Shown here piece after piece: positions 15,921 to 16,409 of a stretch of 16,409 bases of DNA. The stretch lies in assembly GCA_039630055.1 (NCBI GenBank), contig JBCNVN010000030.1, positions 1-16,409 of the forward strand, in the 5' to 3' direction. The notes beneath the pieces are model-generated. The model did no database searches, was not told where the DNA came from, and saw only the letters and a program-made list of their open reading frames with translations. The position numbers and the translations under genes are program-made. This stretch comes from Candidatus Caldarchaeales archaeon (lineage in GTDB: Archaea; Thermoproteota; Nitrososphaeria_A; Caldarchaeales; Wolframiiraptoraceae). How positions within the stretch are numbered: position 1 is the stretch's first letter; each line of letters starts with the position of its first letter.

Positions 15921-16409
15921 TTAAGTGGATGCTTGGATATCTAATGTTTTCAATCCTTTTCCCACAAGCCATCCCTTTAGGCATCCAGGGTCAGCTGCCA
16001 GATAATCTTTAAAGTATCCGTATGCCCTGGCTCTACACCCGCCACAGATATACTTGTACAAGCATGTTCCACATGGATGTTTTAAGAGATCTTTATCTCT
16101 CAGACTTCTAAGAATAGGGTTATAATTCCAGATATCCTGAAACTTACTGACTCTTAAGTCTCCGATTATTAATGGTAAAAAGACACAAGGTGTAATTTTT
16201 CCATCAGGCTGTATTGCTGCATATATTCTTCCCGCACCACATCCACCTATGAATTCTGCGAGGGCTTTGAGAGATCTACTTCTAGGAGGTGTAAAGTGAG
16301 TGGGTAAACACTCTCCTCCACAACTCATCTGCCATGAAACTCTAGCCAACTGTGGAGCCGTTGAGGCAACTTGAACCTTAGATCTCTGGGAGATAATATA
16401 TAATTTCTT
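15921..16409 (-). CDS. Radical SAM protein, C-terminal SPASM domain (5' part outside the window)
   Basis: The frame is open to the window edge (KKLYIISQRSKVQVASTAPQLARV...). Motifs GCGAGR, I.PDG.ITPC and CxxC-x5-CGGCRARA...D.LA.DPGC. Confidence 0.9.
   Translation of the reverse strand, partial: KKLYIISQRSKVQVASTAPQLARVSWQMSCGGECLPTHFTPPRSRSLKALAEFIGGCGAGRIYAAIQPDGKITPCVFLPLIIGDLRVSKFQDIWNYNPILRSLRDKDLLKHPCGTCLYKYICGGCRARAYGYFKDYLAADPGCLKGWLVGKGLKTLDIQAST

Overview
AT-rich archaeal chromosomal window. The lineage is probably a thermophilic TACK-type archaeon (inference from PDO, Cgi121, SAMP, LysJ, an intron-containing tRNA and TATA promoters). Left: partial RNase HI, a class V aminotransferase, a protein disulfide oxidoreductase, and a minus-strand unit of an unannotated box C/D guide sRNA, a SAMP/MoaD ubiquitin-like gene and cgi121. 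Middle: a lysJ/argD aminotransferase whose frame has no ATG/GTG/TTG at its real N-terminus, two head-to-head 5'-truncated genes (nucleotidyltransferase-like and APC permease), a metallophosphoesterase, a gamma-glutamyltransferase and tRNA-Thr(GGT) with an intron. Right: a C2H2-finger/TM/thioredoxin fusion paired with VKOR, an orphan ORF, a nucleoside hydrolase facing an ECF transporter operon (S component with an in-frame TAG, frameshifted EcfT), and the 3' end of a radical SAM/SPASM gene. No CRISPR array or mobile element was seen. All calls are by eye; no searches were run.
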